A stretch of DNA of 32,000 bases from Candidatus Iainarchaeum sp. (GCA_038736825.1 JAVYME010000002.1:10783-42782); one strand, 5' to 3'; shown: positions 22,801 through 31,119, counted from the first letter of the stretch. The notes: a model not told the origin generated them from the letters alone. A program made the numbers and translations.

Positions 22801-23913
22801 ATGCCAAATTTGACGCTGTCAGCCTTATTGCGTGAAATGGTGCCAGTTGTTGAAGGCTCTTTTGTGGAAAAAGCCCAGGATTTGGAAAAAGGTTGGGTGA
22901 AATTGCGCTTGAGGACAACCACTGGTGCAAAAGACTTGGTTTTTTCTTTAAACGCCTTTTTTTTGGCTGAATACCGTGTTGATGCCAGACAGCAGAGTTC
23001 TGGGTTTGGTGCCTTTTTGAAAAGCCGCATTGCAGGCAAAAAAATTGTTTCCTTGAAGCAAATTGAATCCGAAAGAATTGCCTTCTTTGAATTTTCAGAA
23101 TTTTCCCTGGTTGCAGAATTGTTTGGCAAAGGCAATCTATTGTTGTTGGACAGGGATGGCATTATTTTAAAGCCGTTAAGAAAGGAGGAATGGCGTTCTC
23201 GGACTCTTGCTTCAGGCAAAAAGTATTCAATGCCGCCAAGCAGGGGCGTCAATCCAGCCGGGCTTTCCCTTGAAGAATTAAAAAAAACAATGAAGGAAAG
23301 TTCAACAGACATTGTTCGTGCAATGCTTTCCAGCATAAATGTTCCACCGGTTGTTGCAGAAGAGGCTTGCGCTCGAGCAGGGCTTGCAAAGGAAACTCTG
23401 GCAAAAAACCTTTCAGAAAACGATTTGAAAAAACTGCATTCTGTTTTGCATTCTTTTTATTCTCTGGAGTTTTCTGGCGGAAAGGCCTGCATTGCAGAGC
23501 ACGGCGGAAAAAGGGTATTGCTTCCATTTGAACCAAAAAGTGGCATTCCGGTATTGTGTTGTTTTGAATCACTGAATTCGGCGCTCAGTGAAATCGTTTT
23601 AAAGGATTTTTTGATGCCTGCAAAAAAAGATGAACGGCGAAAGCTGGAGCTTGAGCGCGCTATTGCAGACCAGCGAAAAGCGCTTGCTGCATGCGAGATT
23701 TCGGCTGAAGAGAACAGGAAAAAGGCAGAATTGATTTATGCTCATTATCCTGATTTAATGCGCGCTGTTTTGGAATTAAGGGCTCTTTCTGAACAAAAGG
23801 GCTCTCCAGAAAAAGAAAAAACCGTTATGTATAAGAAGGATTTTGGCGGAGTTTATCTCTTAAGAGCTGACCTAAAAAACAAGAAGGCTGTTTTTGAACT
23901 GCCGAGCGCGTGA
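22801..23913 (+). CDS. NFACT-N domain protein (Rqc2/RqcH/FbpA-like N-terminal half only)
   Basis: From ATG 22801 the protein reads MPNLTLSALLREMVPVVEGSFVEKAQ.., followed by SLVAELFGKGNLLLLDRDGIILKPLRKEEWRSRTLASGKKYSMPP, the NFACT-N hallmark (GkGNiil...Y..PP). A coiled-coil start (ERRKLELERAIADQRKALAACE) follows. The ORF ends at ~370 aa with no NFACT-R/DUF814 part. The ORF track starts at ATG 22750. Confidence 0.8.
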   Translation: MPNLTLSALLREMVPVVEGSFVEKAQDLEKGWVKLRLRTTTGAKDLVFSLNAFFLAEYRVDARQQSSGFGAFLKSRIAGKKIVSLKQIESERIAFFEFSEFSLVAELFGKGNLLLLDRDGIILKPLRKEEWRSRTLASGKKYSMPPSRGVNPAGLSLEELKKTMKESSTDIVRAMLSSINVPPVVAEEACARAGLAKETLAKNLSENDLKKLHSVLHSFYSLEFSGGKACIAEHGGKRVLLPFEPKSGIPVLCCFESLNSALSEIVLKDFLMPAKKDERRKLELERAIADQRKALAACEISAEENRKKAELIYAHYPDLMRAVLELRALSEQKGSPEKEKTVMYKKDFGGVYLLRADLKNKKAVFELPSA

Positions 23914-23916
23914 AAT

Positions 23917-24177
23917 TCAGCGCGACAGCAATTCCCTCTCGTCAACTATGAAGACATCGCTAACCGCAGTGACAGCCGAGTAGGAAATCTCTATCATTTT
24001 GTCCTTGGCGTTTATCCTTCTGACTATTTTGCTTTCCTTGTCAAGTTCTACCAAGAGCTTTTCTATTTCCCCTGTCCTCTCATTCACCAAGAGATCAATG
24101 AGCTTTCCCACTTCGTCGCCCCTGTTGGTGATAACCCTCTTAGTTGCGAGTTGCCTGGCAATGGTGTATTTGTACAT
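23917..24177 (-). CDS. PRC-barrel domain protein
   Basis: The sequence is MYKYTIARQLATKRVITNRGDEVGKLIDLLVNERTGEIEKLLVEL...ISYSAVTAVSDVFIVDE. It fits the PRC-barrel pattern (l.gk.V....G..lGkv.Dl..d..tG.i..lvv). The ATG at 24177 lies directly after the ORF-track GTG at 24180. Confidence 0.8.
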   Translation of the reverse strand: MYKYTIARQLATKRVITNRGDEVGKLIDLLVNERTGEIEKLLVELDKESKIVRRINAKDKMIEISYSAVTAVSDVFIVDERELLSR

Positions 24178-24210
24178 CACTTCACCTTATTTAGTAAAAC
24201 ACTCTACATC

Positions 24211-24218
24211 TTTATAAA
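24211..24218. promoter_or_regulatory. Palindromic TATA box TTTATAAA, ~34 nt upstream of the PRC-barrel gene ATG
   Basis: TTTATAAA was read directly and matches the archaeal TTTAWA consensus. The spacing would give a very short leader. A second TATA-like cttatattta at ~24302-24311 lies ~30 nt upstream of the + strand small ORF at 24339. Confidence 0.4.
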
Positions 24219-24338
24219 TCTTACTTTGGCTGCTCTGCTACATAATGGTTTGTTTTGCTTTCAAGGCGATTTTTTGGCAAGCCAATGTTTAATAGGCTTT
24301 TCTTATATTTAAACATTACGCTTTTTGAGGTGTTTTGA

Positions 24339-24575
24339 TTGGATAAAGAGGAAAAAAAAACAGGAAAAAGTTTTTGGACGCCTGAAAGAATGCTTTTTGC
24401 AACCTTTCTAGTGCTCGGCATTCTTGTTGGAGCAATAATAATGCACTTTGTTGTTGAACCAGTTTTGGGCAGTTCCCTGCGTGAAGACCTTGAAAAGAAA
24501 ACAATTGAGGCAAAAGAATTGCAGGAAAAATATGCACAGTGCATGTCTGAAAAAACCATTGCAAGCAAGGGCTGA
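24339..24575 (+). CDS. Small single-pass membrane protein with a coiled-coil tail (hypothetical)
   Basis: 78-aa ORF with a TTG start; an alternative ATG lies at 24390. It has a clear TM helix (MLFATFLVLGILVGAIIMHFVV) followed by a charged helical tail. A TATA-like element lies ~30 nt upstream. The overlapping minus-strand ORFs have antisense-like composition. Confidence 0.5.
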   Translation: MDKEEKKTGKSFWTPERMLFATFLVLGILVGAIIMHFVVEPVLGSSLREDLEKKTIEAKELQEKYAQCMSEKTIASKG

Positions 24576-24593
24576 GTATTTCAAAAAAACAGG

Positions 24594-25226
24594 CTAAATT
24601 TTCTTTTCACTTATTTTTCCGCCTGGTTTTTCCTCTGAAAAAATTTGTGCAGAAAAAATTTTTATTGTTGCATCAGGGGCCTTCCAGGCTTTAGCGTAAA
24701 GCCCTGCCTTCAAACAAACTTGTTCCAGAAAGGTTTCTGCATCCCAGCCAAGTTCTGTTGCAACTTGAGGCAATAAAAGCCCTGAATTGTAGCCCTTTTC
24801 TATTATCAAGCCATGCTCTCCTATTCTAATGGAGTCAGGCAATCCGCTCTTGTCTGCTTTTTTTGGTTCTGTTAAAACTGAAACCTCAACAGTGATTTCT
24901 TCAAGTTCTTTTGATTTTAATGGCTGGAATCTTGGATCGTGCAATGCAGCTGAAACCGCTGCCTCTATTACCGCACTCCACAACGGCTTTACAGGGTATG
25001 GCAATCCAATGCAGCCCCTTAGTTCGCCACCCGGATGCAAGTTCAGTGTTACAAAAACCCCTCTTTTTTCCAAAAACTTTTTTTCATTGGTTTTCTCTTT
25101 GAAAAGCAATCCAGTGGCAAGCATATAAGAAATGCTTTTTCTTGCCAGTTTCACCAGTTCCTTTCCCTCTTCAAAGGATAATCTTTCAGCCATAACAGGC
25201 TTTATTTGTTTTCTTTTTTTATTCAT
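24594..25226 (-). CDS. AMMECR1 domain protein
   Basis: The signature RGVFVTLNLHPGGELRGCIGLPYP is present, and the ~210-aa length matches the family. Confidence 0.9.
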   Translation of the reverse strand: MNKKRKQIKPVMAERLSFEEGKELVKLARKSISYMLATGLLFKEKTNEKKFLEKRGVFVTLNLHPGGELRGCIGLPYPVKPLWSAVIEAAVSAALHDPRFQPLKSKELEEITVEVSVLTEPKKADKSGLPDSIRIGEHGLIIEKGYNSGLLLPQVATELGWDAETFLEQVCLKAGLYAKAWKAPDATIKIFSAQIFSEEKPGGKISEKKI

Positions 25227-25237
25227 ATTGTGGTTTG

Positions 25238-25672
25238 ATGAATCCCTTGGTGCGAGAAATAACAGACTTCAAATCCTTGCAGGTTTATGTGCAATCAAGC
25301 CAAGCCAACCTGGTTGAATCAACAAAGCGGTATTATTTTAACCTTGGCAAAAAACTTGGATTGGATGCAAAAACCGAAATGGATGTGCTCTTGGAAAAGG
25401 TTCAGCTGCCAAAACCACAGCTGGCATGGCTTGACGCAGGAAAACCGGTTGTTGCCTTTTATTTTTGCTTTGGCTCAAAAGAGGAAATGCTTGCAGGAAT
25501 TTTCTCACTGCTTGCCCTAAACGCTGACCTTTCCGTTATAATCACCTCTTCAAAAGCACGCACTTATTCCATCAAAGAAATCAAAACAATATTAGAAGAA
25601 GCGGTTTTCTTGAACCTAACAACAAAATTTCTTTTAGTGGACATTTCCAAGGAAGAATGGCTGGTATTGTAA
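25238..25672 (+). CDS. Hypothetical protein
   Basis: 144-aa ORF from ATG 25238 (TTG 25235 in the track). I recognise no motif. It is head-to-head with AMMECR1, with only 11 nt between the start codons. A T10 run follows the stop. Confidence 0.5.
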   Translation: MNPLVREITDFKSLQVYVQSSQANLVESTKRYYFNLGKKLGLDAKTEMDVLLEKVQLPKPQLAWLDAGKPVVAFYFCFGSKEEMLAGIFSLLALNADLSVIITSSKARTYSIKEIKTILEEAVFLNLTTKFLLVDISKEEWLVL

Positions 25673-25722
25673 TCGAATTTCTTTTTAATTCAAAAAAACA
25701 TTGTTGACCACAGCTTTTTTTT

Positions 25723-26043
25723 TTAAATCCAAGAATTGGTGCCCTTAAGGTATGCCAAAAAAAGCAGGAATAATAGCGATAGCGCAATGCCTGCCTTCCA
25801 AAGGATTTTGTTTTTTTCTTTTTTTATTACAGCTGCAACCAAGCCATAGCTTATTCCAAGCAAAGGACACAATATTATTGCAAATACGAGTGCATAAACT
25901 GCAATCTGGCCGATTGGTTGTCCGGAAGAAAGCAGCGGCCTTATTGCCAAAAGCGAAAACACATAGGCAAAAATCCATAAAATGCTGAAGAAAAGCGACA
26001 GGCTGCCGAACTTGCTTTCTTTTGCCATACGCCCGAAATTCAT
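25723..26043 (-). CDS. Small integral membrane protein (3-4 predicted TM helices), hypothetical
   Basis: 106-aa ORF with an ATG start. It has hydrophobic segments FGSLSLFFSILWIFAYVFSLLAI, IAVYALVFAIILCPLLGISYGLVAAVI and AGIALSLLFLLFLAYL. A TATA-like ttataaat on the minus strand lies ~25 nt upstream. Confidence 0.55.
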   Translation of the reverse strand: MNFGRMAKESKFGSLSLFFSILWIFAYVFSLLAIRPLLSSGQPIGQIAVYALVFAIILCPLLGISYGLVAAVIKKEKNKILWKAGIALSLLFLLFLAYLKGTNSWI

Positions 26044-26140
26044 GTCAAATATTAAGCGATGGAAATTTATAAGGTTTTTCTTTTTTCAAACAGTGCTTTT
26101 TAATCAGTTTTTTTGCTTTACAGAACTATTTTTGTTTTTT

Positions 26141-27364
26141 TTATCTTCCGTATTCTTTTCTTGTGTGAAGGTAGATGTAGATTGCTCCGCCGCCGGCGAG
26201 AAGCAGTATTGTGATTCCAGCAAGCAAAACCGGATTTTCTTCCCTGAAAAAGACTGTTGCCGGCTCACACGGTTTTTCTTTGAGTCCGTCGGCTGAAAAA
26301 GTGCAGTTTATCTGGAATTTTCCCTGAGTTTGAGCGATTGCTTTTAGAGTGAAGGATTTTGCCTGTTTTGGTTCCAGTGATGGAATTTCCATTGACTGGC
26401 TTCCTTCAACTATTTCCAGCCCGTTTTCAGTTTCAAGGCGTATTTTTGCGTTTGAAACAGGAATTTTTTCCCTGTTGAAGATTGTGACAACAAGGTAAGC
26501 CTCTCTGGGCTGGTTTTTGACTGATTCTATTCCAATTGTTGTGGTCAGCCTTGGCTCTTCCGCTGGGTTAATGAAGACAAGGTTTGATTTGATGATTTCC
26601 TCTTCTCCAAAGACATTGCTGTATTTGGCATAGGCTGGCGGCAAGTGCATTGGTACAGCGTTTTCGACCCTGACAGTGTATGACAATATTTTTTTCTCTC
26701 CAGGGGCTATGATTCCAGCAAAGCTTGTCTGGCCTATTTCTTTTCTTGCAGTTGTGATTCCTGCCATTTCTTTTCTGCTGCGCAAGTCCAAGTATGCAAA
26801 ATCGCTGCCTTTGTTGGTAATGCTCAGTATTATGTTTAAGTCTTCTCCGAGTGTTGCATTGTAGCTTTCCACGCATTCCCCTGAGTCAAGCAATACGCAT
26901 GCCTTGAATTCCTCTGGAATGAAAATCGGTTTCTTGTAATAGCCTATGAGTGATTCATTGGACAGTACTGCCCTTGTAACGCTCCTGCCTGTTTTTATGC
27001 AGAGCCAAAGCTTGTTTTCTTTCAGGAATTTTGCTCTTTCAAGTTCTATTCTTGCCCAGCATCCTTTTTCAGAGCACTTGAAATCTTTTGCTTCAAATCT
27101 GCCTATGTTTTCTCCATTGAGTTCTGCTGATGCGCCAGCCAGTCCTTCCGGCGAGGGATAGAATTCTGCTTTGATGGAGATTATTGGGTAAAATTCCTTT
27201 CCTGGGTCTGGTATTGAAAAAAAGAATTCTGAACAGTTTTCTGCCTCTATTCCGTTTGCCTCCAGGCTTTTATAGCCAAGGCCTTTGAGTGAAACCTCTT
27301 GTTGTGCAAAGGCGCTTCCAAGCAAAAAAAGGAATGCAAGCCAAGCGAAGTTTTTTTTATGCAA
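26141..27364 (-). CDS. Secreted surface protein with an N-terminal signal peptide, beta-sandwich (CARDB/DUF11-like) regions and a C-terminal TM anchor
   Basis: The start is TTG. The signal peptide is (M)HKKNFAWLAFLFLLGSAFA/QQ. Internal segments LNIILSITNKGSDFAYLDL and AYLVVTIFNREKIPVSNAKIRLE resemble CARDB/DUF11 strand patterns. The C-terminus PVLLAGITILLLAGGGAIYIYLHTRKEYGR is a TM helix plus a basic tail. It overlaps the upstream kinase gene by 8 nt. Confidence 0.72.
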   Translation of the reverse strand: MHKKNFAWLAFLFLLGSAFAQQEVSLKGLGYKSLEANGIEAENCSEFFFSIPDPGKEFYPIISIKAEFYPSPEGLAGASAELNGENIGRFEAKDFKCSEKGCWARIELERAKFLKENKLWLCIKTGRSVTRAVLSNESLIGYYKKPIFIPEEFKACVLLDSGECVESYNATLGEDLNIILSITNKGSDFAYLDLRSRKEMAGITTARKEIGQTSFAGIIAPGEKKILSYTVRVENAVPMHLPPAYAKYSNVFGEEEIIKSNLVFINPAEEPRLTTTIGIESVKNQPREAYLVVTIFNREKIPVSNAKIRLETENGLEIVEGSQSMEIPSLEPKQAKSFTLKAIAQTQGKFQINCTFSADGLKEKPCEPATVFFREENPVLLAGITILLLAGGGAIYIYLHTRKEYGR

Positions 27365-27851
27365 GCAGTTTCCTCTCCTTTAATTTGATTAAGATATTGG
27401 AAAGAGTTTCTTTTATTCCTTTCTCATTTTTCACTTCTATTATTTTTTTGTTTCCATAATTTCTTAAAGCGTGTTTTTTGCAATAGTCTATGCCTTCACA
27501 GAAAACATTTTCTTGTGTTTTTTCTGCAGAATACCTTCTTGTTGAAAGTCTTGCTTCGAGCAGTTCTGGGTGCACTCTGAGAAGGATGACTGCGTCAACA
27601 GGCAGTTTTATTTCGCACCAAATGTGTCCTTCCAGTATAATGTCTTTGTGTTTTTTTAGTTCAAGGGCTGCGGCTTTTTTTAGTGCAGGCAATGGTATTA
27701 CCAGTTCGGCGTTTTTGTGGTCCCACTTGCCAATTCCTTTTTTTAGGGCTAAATCTTTCTCGTTAATGTGGGTTAAGCCAAGCTTTTTTGCAAGTTTTTT
27801 TGCAATTGTTGTTTTGCCTGTTCCAGGCGAGCCTGTAAGGATGAGTTTCAT
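27357..27851 (-). CDS. Fap7/AK6-type putative adenylate kinase (small-subunit rRNA maturation NTPase)
   Basis: It has the P-loop MKLILTGSPGTGKTTIAKKLAKKLGL, a length of ~164 aa, and an organisation typical of archaeal AK6/Fap7 homologues. Confidence 0.85.
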   Translation of the reverse strand: MKLILTGSPGTGKTTIAKKLAKKLGLTHINEKDLALKKGIGKWDHKNAELVIPLPALKKAAALELKKHKDIILEGHIWCEIKLPVDAVILLRVHPELLEARLSTRRYSAEKTQENVFCEGIDYCKKHALRNYGNKKIIEVKNEKGIKETLSNILIKLKERKLLA

Positions 27852-28414
27852 GAAATAGTACTAAATGGAAACAAATAAAGCTTTAGCTTAAAAGCCACTG
27901 TTTTTTGACAACTGGTTTTTTTGGTAAGTGCAAAGAAGCAGAGTGTTTTTTTGAAGTTTTTTTGCTGCAGGGGGTTGGGGTGATGAGGTAAAACAAAACA
28001 GTCATTTTTTGCCTTGGAATGCTGGGCAGTTGTCTGGAAGGATTATGCCACCGCATTCAAGCGCCAGGCATAGGGACTTTGCTATTTCTTCACTCATTTC
28101 CTGGTTTTTTTCCAAGGGATGGCTTTTTTCTAGCATTTGTTTTTTTCCCCCTGCAAGCGTATATAATATTGCTGTTCCCTTTATAAACTTAACGCTGAAA
28201 AAAGGAAAAATCTGGCTTATTTTGTTATATGTGGTTTTTTAGTGGTTTTTTTGGCAAAAATAAGCCCAAAACAGCCTTATTTTTTATGTATATTTGCTTT
28301 TTTTTCCGCCAAAAATTTTTCAGGAAAAATTCAAAAAAATGGCGTTATGTATATTTGCAGGTTTGTGGAATAATTTTTTTCCAAGAGAAAGAGTTTGTTT
28401 CCAAATTGTTTTTT
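27852..28414. other. 563-bp apparently non-coding, T-tract-rich spacer
   Basis: No convincing ORF of 60 aa or more is present; the two track ORFs are Phe-rich and low-complexity. It contains four same-orientation TGG-T6/7 tracts at 27913, 28102, 28232 and 28243. A 14-bp direct repeat ttatgtatatttgc occurs at 28284 and 28345. TATA-like elements lie at 28159-28166 and 28180-28187. Inverted 10-mers tggaaacaaa sit at both ends (27866-27875 and 28394-28403). Confidence 0.6.
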
Positions 28415-30304
28415 TTACACAAGCCTGATTGCGTCCAGGTTTTGTGGCGCAACTGCCTTGATTTTCATTTTTTTGTTCAAAAATATTGAGAATGCAGCTG
28501 CCTTTTCCTTGTCTCCGTGCTGGACTATCACCCTTTTTGGTTTGGGTTTCAGCCTTTTTATATAGCTTGCCAGCTGGGCTCTGTCACTATGCCCTGAAAA
28601 ACCTTCAATGTTTTCCACTCTAAGCCTTAGGTTTAATGTCTTTGCCTTGCCATTAACTGTTATTGGAATGCTTGGCACTCCGTTCTGGAGCTTTCTTCCA
28701 AGCGAGCCCTCTCCCTGGTATCCAACAAATATCAGGGTGTTTTTTGGATCCTCTGCCATTGCCTTGAAATATTCCACGCTTGGACCGCCTGTCAGCATTC
28801 CACTGCTTGCAATTATAATGGAACCGCCTTCCCTTATTATTTGCTCGCGATCCATGTCTTTCACTTCCTTGAATATTTCTGAAGTGAAAGGCGAATCATT
28901 TTGCAGAATGCGCCTTCTAACGCCCTCCCTCAAGTGTTCCGGATAGGCTGTGTGAATGGATGATGCTTCCAGTGTCATTCCGTCTACATAGCATTTGAAG
29001 TTGAGCACGTTTCTCCTGTAAAAGTTTTCAAGAACCAGCATTATTTCTTGAGCTCTTCCCACTGCAAAAACCGGAATGAGAACGCAGCCGTTTTGAAGTA
29101 TTGTTTCCTGCAAAACTTGCAATAATCGTTCTTCTGATGCCTGCCTGTTTGGCATTACATCCATTTTTCCACCATAAGTGCTTTCTATTATGAGGGATTC
29201 AAGCCTTGGATATTTTGCATCCACTGCATCAAAAAGCCTTGTAAAACCGAATTTTATGTCACTGGTGTACACAAGATTGTGTGCGCCTTCGCCTATGTGC
29301 AAGTGTGCTGATGCCGAGCCAAGGATGTGGGCGGCATTGTACAAGGTTAAGCGCATGTCGGGTGCAATGTCTGTTACCTTTCTGTAATCGCGTGTAATGC
29401 AATACTTTATCATTTCCTTTACATCGCGTTCCGTATAAGGCGGCTCTTTGCCTTCTTTTACCAGCACATCTATGTAGTCAAACTGCAGTAAAGCCATTAA
29501 GTCCCTTGTCGGTTCAGTGCAGTACACTGGTCCTTCATAGCCTGACTTGTAAAGATAGGGAAGGAAACCACTGTGGTCCAAGTGAGCGTGTGTTATTACA
29601 ACTGCGTCAAGTTCGCTTAATGGAAAATGCATTGCTTCAAGCATTGGATAGGGGTCTTGGTATGATGCTACATTGATTCCACAATCAAGCAATATTTTTG
29701 TTTCATTTGTTTCTGCCAGGATGGCGCTTCTTCCGACTTCCCTTGCGCCTCCCAAAAACATCAAGCGCATCCAGGGGTTTTTTGTTTCCGGCACATCCCG
29801 GTAAATGCGTTCAGCGACTTTTTTCAGTATCTGCTTTCTTTCCTTGTGGTATGAGTGCAAGTGGTGCCTTATGCCTCTCAAAATGTCTGATTTTTGTGTT
29901 GGGGCTCTTATTATTTTTGGTGTCCAGCCCGTTTCCAGAATTATTTGTTTTGAGGTTGAGCCTTCCTTTCCAATAACAAGGCCGGGCTTTAATGCTTCTA
30001 TTACAACTTCACTGAAGGAGTCCTCGAATTCTATTTCTGTGACTCCTGCATCTGCTGGCACTATTTTTGAGATTGTCTCTCTCGCTATGTCGTGTTCTTT
30101 TAGCAGGGATTTGTCCGTGCGAACATTGAGCATTTTTTTGAGTTCAAATGCTGCCTTTGCAACCAAGTTTTCGTTTTCAAAGAAGGCTTTGGGGTTTTGG
30201 GTGTAAACTGCTATTTCTGGGCCTTCTATTTCTATTTTGGTTACTTGTGCGTCTTCAGGGAGCGAGTTTTTTACTGCTTCTTTTATTTCTTCTATTTTGC
30301 CCAT
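28415..30304 (-). CDS. aCPSF1/FttA-type ribonuclease (two N-terminal KH domains + metallo-beta-lactamase + beta-CASP)
   Basis: 629 aa. The N-terminus is KH-like (GPEIAVYT.., LVIGKEGSTSKQI). It has the MBL motif VVITHAHLDHSGFLPYLY and a C-terminal segment GFSGHSDRAQL, the beta-CASP/MBL motif His. This architecture is characteristic of archaeal CPSF1. Confidence 0.93.
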   Translation of the reverse strand: MGKIEEIKEAVKNSLPEDAQVTKIEIEGPEIAVYTQNPKAFFENENLVAKAAFELKKMLNVRTDKSLLKEHDIARETISKIVPADAGVTEIEFEDSFSEVVIEALKPGLVIGKEGSTSKQIILETGWTPKIIRAPTQKSDILRGIRHHLHSYHKERKQILKKVAERIYRDVPETKNPWMRLMFLGGAREVGRSAILAETNETKILLDCGINVASYQDPYPMLEAMHFPLSELDAVVITHAHLDHSGFLPYLYKSGYEGPVYCTEPTRDLMALLQFDYIDVLVKEGKEPPYTERDVKEMIKYCITRDYRKVTDIAPDMRLTLYNAAHILGSASAHLHIGEGAHNLVYTSDIKFGFTRLFDAVDAKYPRLESLIIESTYGGKMDVMPNRQASEERLLQVLQETILQNGCVLIPVFAVGRAQEIMLVLENFYRRNVLNFKCYVDGMTLEASSIHTAYPEHLREGVRRRILQNDSPFTSEIFKEVKDMDREQIIREGGSIIIASSGMLTGGPSVEYFKAMAEDPKNTLIFVGYQGEGSLGRKLQNGVPSIPITVNGKAKTLNLRLRVENIEGFSGHSDRAQLASYIKRLKPKPKRVIVQHGDKEKAAAFSIFLNKKMKIKAVAPQNLDAIRLV

Positions 30305-30373
30305 TTAAAGTCCCTTGTGTATGTTTTTTTTTGCTTGAGCCTTTTCTTTTTTTTTGAAGGCAATAAAAGAATT

Positions 30374-31015
30374 TCACTTGTGGTTTGGAATGTGTTTTTT
30401 TATTTCGGCTTCTGGGATTTCTCTTATGCCTGAGCCGTCCAACACCATTACTGAAATTGTTCTGCCACCCGTGTAAATGTCGCGTTTTTTGCTTGCAGCA
30501 ATTGCCTTTACCGCCAGTGCAATGCCCTCTTCTTGAGACATGTCTTTTTTGTATCCTTCATCCAAGACTGCGAGTGCTATTTGGGTTCCTGAACCGCTTG
30601 TCGCATAATGTTCTCTTTCTATTACTGCACCGTATGGCATTACTTCGAAAAGTTGTGGTTTTCCGACCACGCCTCCGATAATGAATTGCACGGCGTAAGG
30701 CGCATACCTGTTGGCGTTCAAGACATTTGAGAGAAAGGTTGTAAGGGCTTTTGGTGTTATTGGGGCTTCCCTGTCGGTTTCATATAGTTTGGCTCTTGAG
30801 CGCAAAAACCTTATTATTGTAACCGAGTCGCCGACAGATCCTGCGTTTGTTAGGGCTATTCTTTTAGTGATTTTGTAAAGCTTTTTGCTTTCAAGGTCGT
30901 AGCCGAGGTTGCCCAGTGTTGCCTGCATGTCTGCTGCAAGCACTATGCTGTCTTTTGTTATTAATCCAACGGTTGTAGTGCCTGTCTTTAAATCCTGTTT
31001 TCTTAATTCTTCCAA
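30374..31015 (-). CDS. psmB: Proteasome subunit beta
   Basis: It has a short propeptide followed by the catalytic Thr: (M)EELRKQDLKTG/TTTVGLITKDSIVLAADMQAT. The start is TTG, preceded by GGTGGT. Confidence 0.93.
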   Translation of the reverse strand: MEELRKQDLKTGTTTVGLITKDSIVLAADMQATLGNLGYDLESKKLYKITKRIALTNAGSVGDSVTIIRFLRSRAKLYETDREAPITPKALTTFLSNVLNANRYAPYAVQFIIGGVVGKPQLFEVMPYGAVIEREHYATSGSGTQIALAVLDEGYKKDMSQEEGIALAVKAIAASKKRDIYTGGRTISVMVLDGSGIREIPEAEIKKHIPNHK

Positions 31016-31119
31016 TTAACCACCAAAACTAAGAAGTTCTAAAAATCAGCTTTTTGAGTCACTAATACAATTTGCCCTGCACAATATTTAAAAGGCTAAC
31101 TAATAATTGCCTGTCCAGC

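Noticed and set aside
27979-27986. A GTGATGA heptamer (C-box-like) that might mark a C/D box sRNA in the long spacer.
   Set aside because: I found no CTGA D/D' boxes or second C' box at the expected 12-nt guide spacings on either strand, and no terminal stem.
28009-28489. Two + strand ORFs (77 and 86 aa) in the long spacer.
   Set aside because: They are Phe-rich, low-complexity translations of T-tracts. The second runs into the 3' end of the aCPSF1 gene on the opposite strand. Neither has an SD or a sensible start context.
30148-30433. Phe/Leu/Cys-rich + strand ORFs (69 and 78 aa) across the aCPSF1-psmB junction, and a similar one at 31072-31368.
   Set aside because: They are antisense to the Lys/Glu-rich ends of well-supported minus-strand genes (the aCPSF1 N-terminus, the psmB C-terminus and the FKBP K/E tail). 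The composition is an artefact of poly-A/T tracts.
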